A stretch of 32,000 bases of DNA from Dendronalium phyllosphericum CENA369. GTDB taxonomy: Bacteria > Cyanobacteriota > Cyanobacteriia > Cyanobacteriales > Nostocaceae. The notes beneath the pieces are model-generated. The model was not told the origin of the DNA. It ran no database searches and was given only the letters and a program-made list of their open reading frames with translations. Shown one piece after another: positions 31,122-32,000 of the stretch. The position numbers were made by a program, and so were the translations under genes. The DNA is taken from contig NZ_JAECZA010000316.1 of the NCBI RefSeq assembly GCF_016056275.1, positions 2,656 to 34,655 on the forward strand. The letters run 5' to 3'. How positions within the stretch are numbered: the stretch's first letter is position 1; each line of letters opens with the position of its first letter.

Positions 31122-31238
31122 TTAATTGCTCGGAGGAGCGTTGCAGTTGTCTCCTTGCCTAAGAAAATGGTTAACTGCCACTCGTTCGAGTACCCGCTCA
31201 ATCCGGTCTACTCCATTAGGTTGGTCAGCGTAGGTCAT
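31122..31238 (-). CDS. possible 38-aa small protein translationally coupled to the XRE gene
   Basis: ATGA overlaps the XRE stop, and a strong SD (AAGGAGG) lies 4 nt upstream of the ATG. It translates as MTYADQPNGVDRIERVLERVAVNHFLRQGDNCNAPPSN. It is below the length cutoff of the ORF track. Confidence 0.3.
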   Translation of the reverse strand: MTYADQPNGVDRIERVLERVAVNHFLRQGDNCNAPPSN

Positions 31239-31471
31239 TTGTCCTCCTTGTCTTCTTCAATTTCTTCTGGTGGAACCCAGTAAATTAGCTCACTAGGTTG
31301 GACACGGTAATAATCGCAGATTTTGTTTAAAGCTGTAACTTGTGGTATCCAATCTGGATTGTCATATAAGTTGTAAGCGGTACTAGGTGCTATACCCGTA
31401 TCTTTTTGAAAGCGATAACGAGTAATGCCCAAACCGTCTACAAATTGTTTGACTTTGTTCCTTATAGGCAT
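31235..31471 (-). CDS. XRE/Cro-type helix-turn-helix transcriptional regulator
   Basis: ITRYRFQKDTGIAPSTAYNLYDN and LNKICDYYRVQPSELI fit the typical HTH_XRE layout. It is the first gene of the minus-strand rep operon. Confidence 0.85.
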   Translation of the reverse strand: MPIRNKVKQFVDGLGITRYRFQKDTGIAPSTAYNLYDNPDWIPQVTALNKICDYYRVQPSELIYWVPPEEIEEDKEDK

Positions 31472-31483
31472 TCAGTAACAATA

Positions 31484-31592
31484 AACGGTTATTAATACAA
31501 CCATTTATCATTGCTAATTTACAACCGTTAGTAAATATCAAACGATTTATATTAATGAGCACTTGACATTAATGAACGGTTATAGCTAATAT
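31484..31592. promoter_or_regulatory. divergent promoter/operator region with three AACGGTT(A) sites
   Basis: AACGGTTA occurs at 31484 and 31575, and inverted as AACCGTTA at 31523. TTGACA (31563-31568), an 18-nt spacer and TAATAT (31587-31592) form a plus-strand promoter-like pair overlapping the third site. Confidence 0.4.
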
Positions 31593-31727
31593 CATAGTGT
31601 CCGGGTTATCGATACGTCAACAGCCAGGACATAGTTATTTAGCTATAAACACAGGTTATCTGCATTGCGTCTGTTTTATATCTGCGGTCGCAGTAATTGT
31701 GCGTGTCTGCATCATGACAGAGGACTC

Positions 31728-32000
31728 ATGAATATCAATTTACGCAATTTAGAAGCAATCAACGAACTACCAAACAAAGGAGAAATAATGCTGACATCTA
31801 ATCAGATTCGGCGTTTACAAGCAACAAACCGCTGGCTCAGAGAAATCCGAGATTCACAAGAATTCAGGCAACTAGAATACTATCCAGACGTAACACTAGG
31901 CGATGCCATCCAAGCAGTAGACGAACTGCTACAGTCACATGACCATTGTGATTACAACAGGGCGAATTTTACTGATGACCAGTGGCAAAAGTATCTAGAT
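31728..32000 (+). CDS. hypothetical protein, 3'-truncated by the window end
   Basis: The frame is open from ATG 31728 (GAGG 4 nt upstream) to nt 32000 with no stop. An alternative start is ATG 31788, preceded by AAAGGAG. It is absent from the ORF track because it has no stop. Confidence 0.5.
   Translation, partial: MNINLRNLEAINELPNKGEIMLTSNQIRRLQATNRWLREIRDSQEFRQLEYYPDVTLGDAIQAVDELLQSHDHCDYNRANFTDDQWQKYLD

Overview
This window reads as part of a mobilizable plasmid, or plasmid-like accessory replicon, of a cyanobacterium. All calls are by eye from motifs; no searches were run.

**Host and backbone evidence**
- There are at least a dozen copies of the HIP1 palindrome GCGATCGC.
- Backbone genes are parA-parB, mobC plus a MOB relaxase, a divergent three-gene leader-like operon, and a Prim-Pol/helicase-type replication gene with an XRE regulator.
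- A PIN toxin-antitoxin pair is also present.

**Accessory and conflict content**
1. An intact IS of about 1.8 kb (1950-3747) has 38-39 bp terminal inverted repeats and an 8-bp target duplication. It sits next to a catalytic-domain-only tyrosine recombinase.
2. An AT-rich three-gene operon (5044-8802) encodes a histidine kinase with an extra N-terminal GHKL ATPase module, a receiver-like protein, and a ComEC-type metallo-beta-lactamase hydrolase. No DNA-binding output domain is present. I consider it a candidate uncharacterised phosphorelay-controlled nuclease system.
3. A convergent 1112-aa protein combines a restriction-endonuclease-like N-terminus with helical repeats.
4. Two paralogous NLR-like (STAND NTPase) loci lie on opposite strands: NACHT at 15400-18165 (-) and NB-ARC plus TPR at 24481-27739 (+).

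**Most striking observation**
In both NLR-like loci a ~140-aa helical module is separated from the NTPase by a single in-frame TGA.
- Both stops are followed by C, then an 8-nt spacer, then a small GC-rich hairpin.
- The peptide after the stop is conserved between the paralogs, and no start codon is available in that spacer.
- This suggests programmed readthrough yielding both a free module and a module-NLR fusion. The alternative is decay of both loci.

**Other notable points**
- Two clusters of a 9-mer/18-bp palindrome (ATTGTCTAC|GTAGACAAT) are embedded in linker-coding parts of the replication gene and look like intragenic iterons.
- The relaxase contains four tandem 183-210 bp coding repeats.
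- The rep leader has the layout of an antisense-RNA control region.
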